From the sequence record DRR723986_1769: a stretch of DNA of 64,000 bases. One strand, 5' to 3'. Both the position numbers and the translations under genes were made by a program. The stretch's first letter is position 1. The number at the start of each line of letters is the position of its first letter. Of the stretch, positions 29,683 to 39,890 are shown in pieces. The notes under the pieces are model-generated. The model did not search any database. It was given only the letters and a program-made list of their open reading frames with translations, and had not been told where the DNA came from.

Positions 29683-31578
29683 ATGACAAACCAACACAGC
29701 AGCATCGCCCCAACCGACATAGATACCCTGATCAAACAGGCCAAGGTGTTTAACCGCGGCCATGACCCGGTTATCGAAGACATTGCCATCGGCAACGGCC
29801 GCATTGTCGCCCGCGGCCCCGCGCTTGAACCCGGGCCAAACACCGAAGTCATCGACGCCAAGGGCCTGTGGGCCATGCCCGGACTCTTTGATATTCACAC
29901 CCACTATGACCTGGAACTGGAGGTCGCACCGGGACTGCCCGAGTCCACCCGCCACGGCACCACTACAGTAGTAATTGCCAACTGCAGTCTGGGGCTGGCT
30001 TTCGGCGCGCAACGCGAAAACGGCGCCGACCCCATCGTTGACTGCTATGCCCGCGTCGAGAATATTCCCAAGGGCGTACTGCGAGACTGCGCCGAGAAAG
30101 TCTCCTGGCAGACCCCGGCCGAATATCTGCACCATCTCGATGGCCTCGCACTCGGCCCGAATGTGGTCACCCTGCTGCCCCACTCCATGCTGCGCATTGA
30201 TGCAATGGGCTTTAATGACAGCATTAGTCGCGACCCCAGCCAGGCCGAGCTCAGTGCCATGCAACGTACACTGAAAGGCGCGCTCGCCGACGGCTACGTC
30301 GGCCTTTCCACCGACGCCCTGCCCTTTCACTATCTGGCGAACCAACCCAACTGCCACAAAACCATCCCCACACAATTTGCCAAATATGGCGAGCTAAAAG
30401 CGCTCACCCAAGTGGTGCGTGACGCCGGCGGCATCTGGCAGGCAACACCGCCTAAAGATAGTGCTCTAGGCACACTGAAAACGTTTCTGCTCACCAGCGG
30501 CCGCTTACACGGCCGCCCTCTCACCACCACCGTGGTCGCCGCACTGGATATCGCCAACAACAAGAAGATCGTTCGCCTGGCCCTGTTTTTGGCTCGAATG
30601 CTCAACAGCCGCTGGCTGAAAGGCAACTTCCACATGCAGGCCCTTGGCGCAGCGTTCAAAACCTGGGCCGACGGCGTCATTACGCCACTATCAGAGGAAA
30701 TCCCCGAACTGCGCGCACTCAATGAAACCGACTTAGAAGACCGCGCTGCGCGCCTCGCCATCCTCAATGACCCGGACTATATTCGCGCCTTTAAGCGCAT
30801 GTGGATGAGCGGTAAACAGGGCTGGGGGCTGGCGCGCCTGAAGCGCAAACTCAAGCTCGAAGACTACGCCTTCAATCGCACCCTTGCCGATATGACCGTC
30901 GAGCGCTGCCCCATCGAAAACTGGCAGGGCAAAGACCTGCAAACCATGTATGAGCGCGTACTGGCAATATTGCAGCAGCGGCCACCGCAAGACCTCGGCG
31001 AAGAAGAGCGGCAGCTCGTCGAACGCGACTTCACCGCAATCAACGACGAAGCCGACTTTATGCTGCAATTGCTGCGCAGCTTTGACACCGCGCTATCGTG
31101 GAGCACGATCACCGCAAATAGGAACCCGCAAAAGGTCCGCGAGCTGATTATGAACCCGCTTCTGTTGCCCGGTTTTAACGACAGCGGCGCCCACCTCACC
31201 AACATGGCCTTTTACGATGTAAACCTGCGCTGTTTAAAGCTGGCGGCCGAAGGCGGCGACAAGGACGTGAGCTACATGGTGAAACGCCTGACCTGCGATG
31301 CCGCCGACGTATTCGGCGTCGACGGTGGCAGCATTGATGTTGGCGATACCGCCGACCTGATTCTGGTTGACCCAAAGCAACTTGCCAATTACGAGGGCCA
31401 AGCCAATGTAGAGCGGCGCTACCGCGAGGAATTCCGGCACGAGCAATTGGTCAATCGCTCCGACGGCGTGGTAACACAGGTGTTTATTGGCGGCCAAAGT
31501 GCATGGCGCGACCAGCAGTTTTCGCCGCAGCTGGGCAAGCAAAAGTTTGGCCGGCTACTGCGTCGCCGGGCGCATTAA
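29683..31578 (+). CDS. Amidohydrolase, N-acyl-D-amino-acid deacylase-like
   Basis: PGLFDIHTHYD, HGTTTV, NDSGAH, ADLILVD. Confidence 0.85.
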   Translation: MTNQHSSIAPTDIDTLIKQAKVFNRGHDPVIEDIAIGNGRIVARGPALEPGPNTEVIDAKGLWAMPGLFDIHTHYDLELEVAPGLPESTRHGTTTVVIANCSLGLAFGAQRENGADPIVDCYARVENIPKGVLRDCAEKVSWQTPAEYLHHLDGLALGPNVVTLLPHSMLRIDAMGFNDSISRDPSQAELSAMQRTLKGALADGYVGLSTDALPFHYLANQPNCHKTIPTQFAKYGELKALTQVVRDAGGIWQATPPKDSALGTLKTFLLTSGRLHGRPLTTTVVAALDIANNKKIVRLALFLARMLNSRWLKGNFHMQALGAAFKTWADGVITPLSEEIPELRALNETDLEDRAARLAILNDPDYIRAFKRMWMSGKQGWGLARLKRKLKLEDYAFNRTLADMTVERCPIENWQGKDLQTMYERVLAILQQRPPQDLGEEERQLVERDFTAINDEADFMLQLLRSFDTALSWSTITANRNPQKVRELIMNPLLLPGFNDSGAHLTNMAFYDVNLRCLKLAAEGGDKDVSYMVKRLTCDAADVFGVDGGSIDVGDTADLILVDPKQLANYEGQANVERRYREEFRHEQLVNRSDGVVTQVFIGGQSAWRDQQFSPQLGKQKFGRLLRRRAH

Positions 31579-31688
31579 GCCCTTCTGGCACAGCATGTTA
31601 GCACCGGGCAAGCGCGCCTAAGATGCTGTGCTACACTCAAATTGTGCATGGACCGCACACCTCTATTTCATCAACAAAAAGGATTTGG

Positions 31689-31988
31689 ATGATGAGCTAT
31701 TCACTGCCGCAACTCGCTACACTTATCAGTATGTTCTTTGTACTGGCGCTGACCTTTTCGGCCCCAGCCAGCGCACTGAATGTCAACACAGCCACGGCTG
31801 CCGAGCTCACGGAGCTAAAGGGCGTGGGCCCAAAACGCGCGCAAGCCATTGTGCGTTACCGGGAAAAACACGGCCCATTCCAAGACCGCGAAGCCCTGCT
31901 GGACGTGCCCGGTGTTGGCAAAAAAGTGTTGAAGGATAACCTCGCAATCATTGAACTGGAGGCGCGAAACACCACCGCAAGCAAGTAA
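31689..31988 (+). CDS. comEA: ComEA family helix-hairpin-helix DNA-binding protein
   Basis: NVNTATAAELTELKGVGPKRAQAIVRYR..HGPF...LLDVPGVG. Confidence 0.85.
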   Translation: MMSYSLPQLATLISMFFVLALTFSAPASALNVNTATAAELTELKGVGPKRAQAIVRYREKHGPFQDREALLDVPGVGKKVLKDNLAIIELEARNTTASK

Positions 31989-31995
31989 GGCCGTT

Positions 31996-32019
31996 GGCAC
32001 TGGCAGCGCTGCCAGTGCC
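31996..32019. terminator. Perfect 24-bp palindrome after comEA
   Basis: GGCACTGGCAGC|GCTGCCAGTGCC; no U-tail. Confidence 0.45.
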
Positions 32020-32162
32020 CTGCTCCCCTGCCCCCCTCTGCAAAGCCATCCCCCTCACCAACTGATCAGAGCCAGTTTGTGAAAAGCGCTTGATCCAGGT
32101 CAGCGCAGCCTCGGCTGCGGCCCCGTAGTGTTAGTTTTTGATTGACTCCAATGGGTAGCACC

Positions 32163-32465
32163 ATGCACTACAAAAAAATGGCTGGCACGGCCGCCGTATT
32201 CGTTCTCGCCGACCAACATGCCAACAAGCCCGTTGAGCGGCAGGGCGAAATATGGAGCGCGCAGGAACTTCACCTCGACACCACCCCCGCTGCCCTCACC
32301 AGCAAACCCAGCATGGCCAGTAGCCTCGCCCTGGAAGGCCTGGAAAGCTACGACCCACCCCGCCACGGCGATGTGCGCGAGGTCAGCGCATTGAATGCGA
32401 GTTTTGTGTACATTGAGGCCATCAAGGGCTGGGTGGAGCTAGCGTTGGATACGGAAAGCCCCTAA
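32163..32465 (+). CDS. Hypothetical protein
   Basis: 100-aa ORF filling an intergenic gap with host-like codon usage. Confidence 0.6.
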   Translation: MHYKKMAGTAAVFVLADQHANKPVERQGEIWSAQELHLDTTPAALTSKPSMASSLALEGLESYDPPRHGDVREVSALNASFVYIEAIKGWVELALDTESP

Positions 32466-32491
32466 AACAGGGCTGCGGCCCTATTCAGGCT

Positions 32492-32956
32492 TTACTTAGC
32501 GCGAGCCTGCGGCTTTTTTCTGATGTAAATCACCTTGCGCACCCGCGACACAAGTTGCTCGGAGGCATCAACAATGTCGACGGTGAAATGGGCAAAGTAC
32601 TTGTCGCCGTTTGCAGTGTTATCGCGAATATTCTGGATATCTTCATCTGAAATGGTCATCACCGCCGTGACTTTGGACTGCCCCGGTTTGATAAATTCGA
32701 TATCTGCAGATTTATCCCATATCAAATAGTCTTTGCCGAAAATTTGCATGAGCAGCAGCATAATGTGGGGGTCAACCATCGAATACAGGCTGCCGCCAAA
32801 ATGCGTACCCACCGCGTTGCGGTTATACCAGCGCAAAGGCATAGAGACCTGCAACTGCTGCCAATCCTGACTGACGTGGTCCACCTTTACACCCGCGCCG
32901 ATGTAGGGCGGATAACAATTAAGCATCAATTTAAATAGCCGCGGGGACAACTTCAT
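32492..32956 (-). CDS. DUF4442 / hotdog-fold thioesterase-like protein
   Basis: YPPYIGAG, NRNAVGTHFGGSLYSMVDP, IWDKSA. Confidence 0.85.
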   Translation of the reverse strand: MKLSPRLFKLMLNCYPPYIGAGVKVDHVSQDWQQLQVSMPLRWYNRNAVGTHFGGSLYSMVDPHIMLLLMQIFGKDYLIWDKSADIEFIKPGQSKVTAVMTISDEDIQNIRDNTANGDKYFAHFTVDIVDASEQLVSRVRKVIYIRKKPQARAK

Positions 32957-33104
32957 ATCGTCTACCTTACTGTCTGTAAAAAACGGCAGAGGCGTGTATT
33001 ACCCGCCAGCCGCGTACCAAGCAACGCACACTAACCGATTTATCAATGCCGTGATAGCGTCGCCGGCCGTTTGCGCATTTAGCGTCAGGGCGGGGAAAAG
33101 GCAT

Positions 33105-33962
33105 TCATCGTATCCAGGGGCGCAGGGCAGTTTCCGACATAAAGTCCATAAAACAGCGTACCCGGCGTGAGTCGCGCAGGTCAGTATGAGTTAGCAACCA
33201 CAGCTCGGTGGTCACCAATGGCTCATCGCAAGCGGGCAGAAGTTCAGGGTAGCGCGCGGCGATGGGCGCCGTCATTAAGCCGAGCACAACACCCTGCCGA
33301 ACCATCGCCACCAACTGGCTGTTGCTATTGGTACGCAAGGTGATTTGCGGGTCGTCGACCATATTGCGGAAGTAGCGATCGCCGTGATTGCTGTCAAAGG
33401 CCGCCTGCCAAATACCCCAAGAGGCCTTATTCAACTCACCGTCGATGCTATCCAGATACTCCCGAGTGCCATAGGCGAACAGGGAAATATCCGTCAGTTT
33501 TCGCCCTACCAACAACTCCGGCGGGTGGTCGGTGATGCGGATAAGAATATCTGCCTGAGACTGGTTCAGGTTGTGTTGCGCAGAAGTGGCAAACACGGTG
33601 AGCTCGATATCCGGGTATCGCCGCATAAAATCAGCTAACGGCGCCGACAGATCAATCAATGTGGTCTCGGGAATCGACAGCGTTAAGGGACCGGCCAGCA
33701 CATCGGACTGGCCGCGCATTTTCCGCTCGAAATTAATACAGCGCTCTTCCACCGCTTCGGCGTCGCTCATCAGGCGTTCGCCGGCAATAGTCAGGCGGTA
33801 GCCACTCTGGCGGCGGTCAAAGAGCTTTACCTTGCGCCGCGTTTCCAAGCGGTCGATGCGGCGAGCCACGGTGACATGGGTCACACCCAGTTTGCGCGCC
33901 GCACTGCTGAGCGAGCCGCTGCGCGCGAGCACGGTGAAGTAGCGAATATCATCCCAGTCCAT
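33105..33962 (-). CDS. LysR family regulator
   Basis: MDWDDIRYF...GSLSSAARKLG...TVARRI. Confidence 0.92.
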   Translation of the reverse strand: MDWDDIRYFTVLARSGSLSSAARKLGVTHVTVARRIDRLETRRKVKLFDRRQSGYRLTIAGERLMSDAEAVEERCINFERKMRGQSDVLAGPLTLSIPETTLIDLSAPLADFMRRYPDIELTVFATSAQHNLNQSQADILIRITDHPPELLVGRKLTDISLFAYGTREYLDSIDGELNKASWGIWQAAFDSNHGDRYFRNMVDDPQITLRTNSNSQLVAMVRQGVVLGLMTAPIAARYPELLPACDEPLVTTELWLLTHTDLRDSRRVRCFMDFMSETALRPWIR

Positions 33963-34062
33963 TTGTACATTTTCTCACAATAATTGTTATTTCATTGAAC
34001 TAACTATAACAGCGCAGTCTTTCGTAGACTGTAGCGATTCCATCAATTCTGGAGGTTGATGT

Positions 34063-34473
34063 ATGCACAGCGTGCAAGATGCCCAGGCCCTGGCGCTTCG
34101 CTATGCGCAGATTGTCGACGATCGAACGTTCGACGCCATGCGCGAGCTACTCGTCGACGACTTTACCCAGCGCGGCCCAGAGTGGCTTTGTGAGAGTGCC
34201 GATGCCTTTGTCGGCATGCTGAATCTACTCGCCGATAACTATAGTGCGACCTTTCATTTGGTTGGCAATCAGCTGGGCGAGTGGCAAGGCGACTGCTACG
34301 AAGGCGAAACCTACTGCATTGCCTCCCATATCTACGAAGAGGCCGGTCAGGGACGAAAACTGGACATGGGGATTCGCTACCAGGAACAGGTGGTCTACGC
34401 CGAAGGGGCTTACCGCTACGCCCGCCGGGACGTGACCGTGGTGTGGACCAGCGACCACCCGCTCGATAGCTAA
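34063..34473 (+). CDS. SnoaL/NTF2-like protein
   Basis: RYAQIVDDR, TFHLVGNQ, ETYCIASH, GIRY. Confidence 0.8.
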   Translation: MHSVQDAQALALRYAQIVDDRTFDAMRELLVDDFTQRGPEWLCESADAFVGMLNLLADNYSATFHLVGNQLGEWQGDCYEGETYCIASHIYEEAGQGRKLDMGIRYQEQVVYAEGAYRYARRDVTVVWTSDHPLDS

Positions 34474-34508
34474 ATTCCATTTACACGCACAATAACGAGA
34501 GCATAACT

Positions 34509-35411
34509 ATGAACGTACTTGTTGTCGGTGGCTCCGGCTTGATTGGCGGCGACGCGGCCCTCTATCTGAAATCACACGGTCACAACGTAACTATTATGGC
34601 GCGCAACAAGCCAACAGCACCGGCGCTGGCGGCCCTGCCTTTTTTGCAGGGGGACTATGTCAACGACGACATGGGCGACGGTCGCCTAAAAGGCTTTGAT
34701 GCCATAGTCTTCGCAGCCGCAGCTGATATCCGACAACTGCCGATGGATGGCAGCGTCACGCCGGACGACTTCTACCGGGAAGTGAACGACAACGCGGTAC
34801 CGCGTTTTTTTGCCGCCGCTCGCGAGGCCGGTGTGCGCCGCGCCGTATACATTGGCACCTTCTACCCGCAGGTGGCGGCGCATCGTATTGGCGAGTGCCC
34901 CTATGTGACGTCGCGCAGCAATACCGATGAGGCGGTGCGCGCAATGAGCAGCGACAGCTTCACCGTATGCAGCCTGAATTTACCCTTTGTTATGGGGCAC
35001 ATACCGGGACTGGATATCCCCCATATTGGCGCGCTGGTGGCCTACGCCAGCGGCGCCTTAGAACTGCCGGTGTTTGCCCCCAAGGGCGGCACAAACCACA
35101 TTAGCTCTCACTCGGTGGCCCAGGCGACGCTGGCAGCATTGGATCACGGCGAATCAGGCCGGGCCTATTTGCTGGGCGATGAGAATTACAGCTGGAAGGA
35201 ATACCTCGAACTCTGGTTCGACGCAGCAGGCAACCCGCAAACGCTCGAGGTCCGGGAGGACGACCACCCGCTTCTGCCAAATGTGATTATGTTTGCCGGC
35301 GCCGGTGCGACGGTTAGCTATGAGCCGGAAGCCGTTGACGAACTGGGCTACGACCGCCATCAGATCAAAGCGACGATCAACACGCTGATAAACGCCTACG
35401 GCGGGAAGTGA
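34509..35411 (+). CDS. NAD-dependent epimerase/dehydratase family protein
   Basis: VVGGSGLIG Rossmann motif. Confidence 0.8.
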   Translation: MNVLVVGGSGLIGGDAALYLKSHGHNVTIMARNKPTAPALAALPFLQGDYVNDDMGDGRLKGFDAIVFAAAADIRQLPMDGSVTPDDFYREVNDNAVPRFFAAAREAGVRRAVYIGTFYPQVAAHRIGECPYVTSRSNTDEAVRAMSSDSFTVCSLNLPFVMGHIPGLDIPHIGALVAYASGALELPVFAPKGGTNHISSHSVAQATLAALDHGESGRAYLLGDENYSWKEYLELWFDAAGNPQTLEVREDDHPLLPNVIMFAGAGATVSYEPEAVDELGYDRHQIKATINTLINAYGGK

Positions 35412-35526
35412 TCGCTTTACGCAACAGGCCGTCGGCCAGCGAGGCTGGCGGCCTGCCTCGTTGCTACCCCCGGCTACCCCGCTACCCCACAATACTGGGC
35501 TGATGACGATCCGTGGCGACAGGCAA

Positions 35527-37233
35527 TCAGCGCTTTTCGACACACTCTGCAAGCTCTGCCAGCAGACGCCAACACTGCTCAGCATGAGTGAGACAAAGCG
35601 TTTGCCCAGCCTCGGGAATTTCCCGCAACTCGATGGCGGAATTAAATTTTTGCAAGCCGCGCACAAAGTCCGGGGGGCTGATCGGATTGCGCCCACCCAC
35701 TAGCCCCAATATGGGCACCTGCACATCACCTGCAAGCGGCCCCCAATCAATCGCCATCGATAGCTCAAGGTCAAATTCATACCCCTTTCCCCCCTGATTC
35801 ATATGGTAGCCATACGCGGCAAGCATGCCCTGTCTGAAGGCGGGCTCTCTCATCACCTCCAGGTCATAAGACAGGTCCTCAAACACCGCCTCCATCCAGT
35901 GCTCCGGACCAAGGTTACGCATTTGAACCATTCCCAAACGTATCAGCAGCCGCACCGCCCAAAATGCATGGGAAGCCGCCCACATAAACATCCGGTGCTG
36001 GCGGGGAAGATAATCCAGCGAAGCGCTATCCTTAAACGGCGCGCTAGGGGAAACGGCAAAAATGCCGCTGACACGGCCGGGATGCTCCTTTGCAAGCTTC
36101 AAGGCAAAGGGGAAACCACCATCGTGGCTGAGCAGATAGGCAACAGGAATATCTAAGGCACGGAGCACCGCCAGGCAATCATCAACCTGCACAGCGAGCA
36201 TATCAGCGCCTTTAGCCGACAGCTGGGTTCGGCCGTAGCCGGGCCTCTCCGGCACAATAACATCAAGGCCACAGCGAGCCGCCCACTCCCGCTCCTGGGC
36301 GTATTCCCCCGCGCCGAAATAGACCCCGTGGAGCAGCAAAACAGGCTTTCCGCCCTTTACACCATAACGCCGCCAGCCCACCCGGCGAGCCCCGCGCCGC
36401 AGTTCGCCGAGTTCGAGGGGGCGGCCACTTAGCGCAGCCTGAGGCGCACCGGAAGACGCTTGATCCGCAAAGTTCTGACTGCCAATTGCCGACGCCAACG
36501 CAACCGCCTGCAGCTGCGACGACGCGCCCATTTTCCCGAGTAAACTCTTAATTTGTTGACGCACGGTACCGATGGCTCGGTCACGCTTTAGGCTGATCTG
36601 TTCACTGTTCATGCCCTGCGCTAAACACGCCAAAATATCGCGCTCGGCATCGGTCAGCTGAAAGATCTCTTCTAACGCTCGATCAATAGAATTCGGCCAC
36701 TGACATTCGATGGCACGCAGTAAAAATATCTGATGCTCGTTGTTATACAGGCCAATAAAGATCACGGGGGGAGGGTTGTCGTTGCCCTCGCGAGCCGTCA
36801 GCGGTGGAAACGTGCGCAGTAGCGTAGGCCCCTCATATTCAAAAATGCGCTGTTGAAAGTCAGCGAAGCATTTTGCCGTTACCCCAAGGCTTGCAATGCC
36901 ATCACCTTTGCGAGTGGCAAACATCGCCGCCATTGCCGGGTTTTGCGCAACCACTGTCCCCTCTTCGGTCAACACCAGCGCCGGTGCACCTTGGTCCTTC
37001 AACAGTGTATGAAGCTGATCGTTCAATTCAGCCTGCTGCTCGACCTCATCCAGCAGTAACGCCAGCGCCAATGCGGTGTCACTTTCCAGCCCCTTGCCAC
37101 CGAGCGTTACCGGTTCCAGCAAGTTAAGCAGCGCCTGGTAGTCCTGCTCACCCTGAATCACAGACAATACCAGCGACTTGAGCTGTTCCAAGTTCGGGGA
37201 ATTCAAGTGCGCAATCCGACTCTCCCTGTGCAT
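35527..37233 (-). CDS. LuxR-type HTH fused to a C-terminal alpha/beta hydrolase fold
   Basis: LTDAERDIL..LAQG.....I...RDRAIGTVRQQIK HTH; LLHG, PERPGYG, EIPEAG hydrolase elements. Confidence 0.8.
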   Translation of the reverse strand: MHRESRIAHLNSPNLEQLKSLVLSVIQGEQDYQALLNLLEPVTLGGKGLESDTALALALLLDEVEQQAELNDQLHTLLKDQGAPALVLTEEGTVVAQNPAMAAMFATRKGDGIASLGVTAKCFADFQQRIFEYEGPTLLRTFPPLTAREGNDNPPPVIFIGLYNNEHQIFLLRAIECQWPNSIDRALEEIFQLTDAERDILACLAQGMNSEQISLKRDRAIGTVRQQIKSLLGKMGASSQLQAVALASAIGSQNFADQASSGAPQAALSGRPLELGELRRGARRVGWRRYGVKGGKPVLLLHGVYFGAGEYAQEREWAARCGLDVIVPERPGYGRTQLSAKGADMLAVQVDDCLAVLRALDIPVAYLLSHDGGFPFALKLAKEHPGRVSGIFAVSPSAPFKDSASLDYLPRQHRMFMWAASHAFWAVRLLIRLGMVQMRNLGPEHWMEAVFEDLSYDLEVMREPAFRQGMLAAYGYHMNQGGKGYEFDLELSMAIDWGPLAGDVQVPILGLVGGRNPISPPDFVRGLQKFNSAIELREIPEAGQTLCLTHAEQCWRLLAELAECVEKR

Positions 37234-37460
37234 TCACTACTCCACTTCAGGCCCCGACCGCCGGCCTCGCTGCCACAACATTCATTCCAAAACCGGTGTA
37301 TCCGATCGTAATTCACCCCACCATCGCAAATAATTTTTTATCGCTTATACCAGATGGGATATGCGCCTTTCCAGGCCGGTTAGTACAGTACGCCGACGCC
37401 CGAAACACCCGCTTAGGCCGGTGAAGATTACAGCATTTTTTCCAAAAGGGAGATACAACC

Positions 37461-39056
37461 GTGCGGCACCTTTCTATTACCCTGGCCACGATCCTGCCGA
37501 TTACCTTACTCACTGCTTGCGGCGGAGGGAGCAGTAATGGAAGCAATGGTCCCGAATCCACGTACAGTATCGGCGGCACCGCAAGCGGCGCGCTCACTCA
37601 GGGTCTAACCCTGGAAAATAACGGCAGCGACAGTCTGCCGGTTGCAGGCGTGAGTTTTGAATTCAACACCCAACTCACCAATGGCGACAACTACGATGTC
37701 ACCGTATCCGCCCACCCCGACCAGCAACTTTGCTCGGTGACCGATGGCAGCGGTGTGGTTGCTGGCGCCGACGTCGACAATATCGAGGTTCTCTGCCGGT
37801 ATTGGCGCGCGGAAACCCTGATAGAAAACCTGAATATCGGCCACTCCCGCTTTCCGCAAGTCGCCACTGACGGCAACGGCAACACCCTGGCCGTATGGCG
37901 CACAAACGATGGCAGTTATGAAAGCCTCTATGCGAACTACTATGACGCCAGTACCGGCAACTGGGGCACCGAAACCCTGATAGAGAGCGGCAACGCCGGA
38001 CATGCGGTTTCTCCCGCCATTGCTTTCGACAATAGCGGCAACGCCACCGTCGTATGGGCCCAGCATGACGGCACAAACTACAACATCTACGCTAACCGCT
38101 ACTCACCGAGTACAGGCTGGGGAACCGAAGCGCTTATCGAAAGCGGCAACGCTGGCGATGCTGCGAGCCCCCAAATTGCGTTCGATGACAACGGTAATGC
38201 CATTGCCATATGGACGCAAAATGACGGTACACACGACAGCGTTTACGCCAACCGCTACACGCCCGCCAATGGCTGGGGGGCAGAAGAGCTGATCGAGACG
38301 GGTAACAGTGGCGATGCGACCCAGCCAAAGATCGCCTTCGACAACGCGGGCAATGCCATAGCCACCTGGAGCCAAGACACTGGCGGCTACAACGACGTGC
38401 TTACCAACCGATACACCCCCGCCAGTGGCTGGGGTAGCGAAACCCTGGTGGCAAACGGCAACCAAGGGGGCGCATTTGACCCACAAATCGCCTTGGATGC
38501 CAACGGCAATGGCACGCTTGTTTGGCGCGAACACGACGGCGCCAAAGACAGCCTTTACGCCAGCCGGTATACCGCCAGCACTGACAGCTGGGGAACGGAA
38601 GTACTGCTTGAAAACGGAAATAACGGACACGCGAGAACACCGCGAGTTGCTGTCGACAACGATGGAAACGCCATCGCCGTATGGGCCCAGGAAGAAATCT
38701 CAATTCGCACCAGCATTTATGCCAACCGCTATACCGCCGCCACAGATAGCTGGGGCGCAGAAACGCTGTTAGAAAGCGGCGAAGACGGGCATGCAAGACA
38801 ACCACAAATCGTGATAAACGAGGATGGCAATGCCCTTGTTGTTTGGATGCAGAGCGACAGCGTTTCTTCCAACCTGCTATATACCAACATCTACATCGCA
38901 CAAACCGGCACCTGGGGTACTGAAACCTTGGTTGAAAACACCACCACTGCGGCAGAACACCCCCAACTGGTCATGGACGATCATGGCAATGCCACTGTTG
39001 TTACCCAGCGGTTCGACGGTAGCAACCTGAATATTCATGCCAACCGATTTGAGTAA
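37461..39056 (+). CDS. Secreted lipoprotein with 8 tandem ~52-aa repeats (probable beta-propeller)
   Basis: Lipobox LTAC, an N-terminal beta domain, then repeats of WG.E.L.E.GN.G.A..PQIA.D..GNA..VW...DG....IYANRY. Confidence 0.8.
   Translation: MRHLSITLATILPITLLTACGGGSSNGSNGPESTYSIGGTASGALTQGLTLENNGSDSLPVAGVSFEFNTQLTNGDNYDVTVSAHPDQQLCSVTDGSGVVAGADVDNIEVLCRYWRAETLIENLNIGHSRFPQVATDGNGNTLAVWRTNDGSYESLYANYYDASTGNWGTETLIESGNAGHAVSPAIAFDNSGNATVVWAQHDGTNYNIYANRYSPSTGWGTEALIESGNAGDAASPQIAFDDNGNAIAIWTQNDGTHDSVYANRYTPANGWGAEELIETGNSGDATQPKIAFDNAGNAIATWSQDTGGYNDVLTNRYTPASGWGSETLVANGNQGGAFDPQIALDANGNGTLVWREHDGAKDSLYASRYTASTDSWGTEVLLENGNNGHARTPRVAVDNDGNAIAVWAQEEISIRTSIYANRYTAATDSWGAETLLESGEDGHARQPQIVINEDGNALVVWMQSDSVSSNLLYTNIYIAQTGTWGTETLVENTTTAAEHPQLVMDDHGNATVVTQRFDGSNLNIHANRFE
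37803..39053 (+). repeat. Degenerate coding tandem repeat, 8 x ~156 bp
   Basis: Recurring GGCAA(C/T)GCC and GCCAACCGCTA(C/T) units in frame. Confidence 0.8.
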
Positions 39057-39070
39057 ATCAGCGAACACCC

Positions 39071-39094
39071 GCGGCCTCAGCACATTGAGGCCGC
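39071..39094 (+). terminator. Hairpin after the repeat lipoprotein
   Basis: GCGGCCTCA-N6-TGAGGCCGC. Confidence 0.55.
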
Positions 39095-39190
39095 TCTTAT
39101 AATAAAAAAATCCAAGCGCTCCTTCTGTGCCCGACCAAGGGCCAGTAACGCCAAGGGGGTTGCGCTGGCAACAATACAGGTTTAGCCGCC

Positions 39191-39853
39191 ATGCGGGCAC
39201 AACGAACACTGATCGCCGCCTTGGTACTCATTGCCGCCGCCGTGTTTAGTTACAGCCAGGGGAAATCCCTGAGTCACGCGCGCGCGAGCCTGGCAGCAGT
39301 CACGCCCAGTGTGATTGATGTGGGTTTCAGCCAGTCCATGCTTCTCCATCATCAGCAAGCCATCGCCATGTCGCAAATCATGCTCGATGGCAAACCAACG
39401 GGGCTACACGCCTTCGCGCGCAATATCGCCAGCACGCAATTAGTGGAATTGGGCGAGATGCGCGGCTGGCTGAAATTATGGGGAGAGGAAGAACATCACC
39501 AGGCTGACATGGTTTGGATGCTGCTCGGCAACGCGCCACTTGACGCGTCGATGCGGAAATACGTCATGGATTGCCGCAATGCAGACCGCGGCATGATCGG
39601 CCTGGCAACCGCCAATGAGCTCAATGAACTCAGACAATCCGAAGGTTTAAAACGCGACCGACAGTTCATTGAATTAATGCTCAAACACCACAGGGGCGGC
39701 GTGCCGATGGCCCAGTTTGCGGCCAGTGAAGCGCAGTTAAACGCGGTGAGGAGAATGGCATCCCTGATCGTGATGGAGCAATCACGGGAAATTCAGCACA
39801 TGCAAAATTTACTCGCAGCACTTCAGACATACCCCGCGCCCCCAAAAGAGTAG
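39191..39853 (+). CDS. DUF305 family protein (ferritin-like)
   Basis: MLLHHQQAIAMS and MLKHHRGGVPMA double-His motifs, Q..EI..M. Confidence 0.85.
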   Translation: MRAQRTLIAALVLIAAAVFSYSQGKSLSHARASLAAVTPSVIDVGFSQSMLLHHQQAIAMSQIMLDGKPTGLHAFARNIASTQLVELGEMRGWLKLWGEEEHHQADMVWMLLGNAPLDASMRKYVMDCRNADRGMIGLATANELNELRQSEGLKRDRQFIELMLKHHRGGVPMAQFAASEAQLNAVRRMASLIVMEQSREIQHMQNLLAALQTYPAPPKE

Positions 39854-39890
39854 CCGCGCAAGGAAGCCCCATATACCGCAGGAGCACAAA

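Noticed and set aside
32090-32103. FNR/Anr-like site TTGATCCAGGTCAG
   Set aside because: The second half-site is imperfect and the downstream gene has no known function; insufficient support.
37803-39053. Tandem DNA repeats as a DGR or phase-variation locus
   Set aside because: The repeats are in frame, highly diverged and explained by protein repeats; no reverse transcriptase is present.
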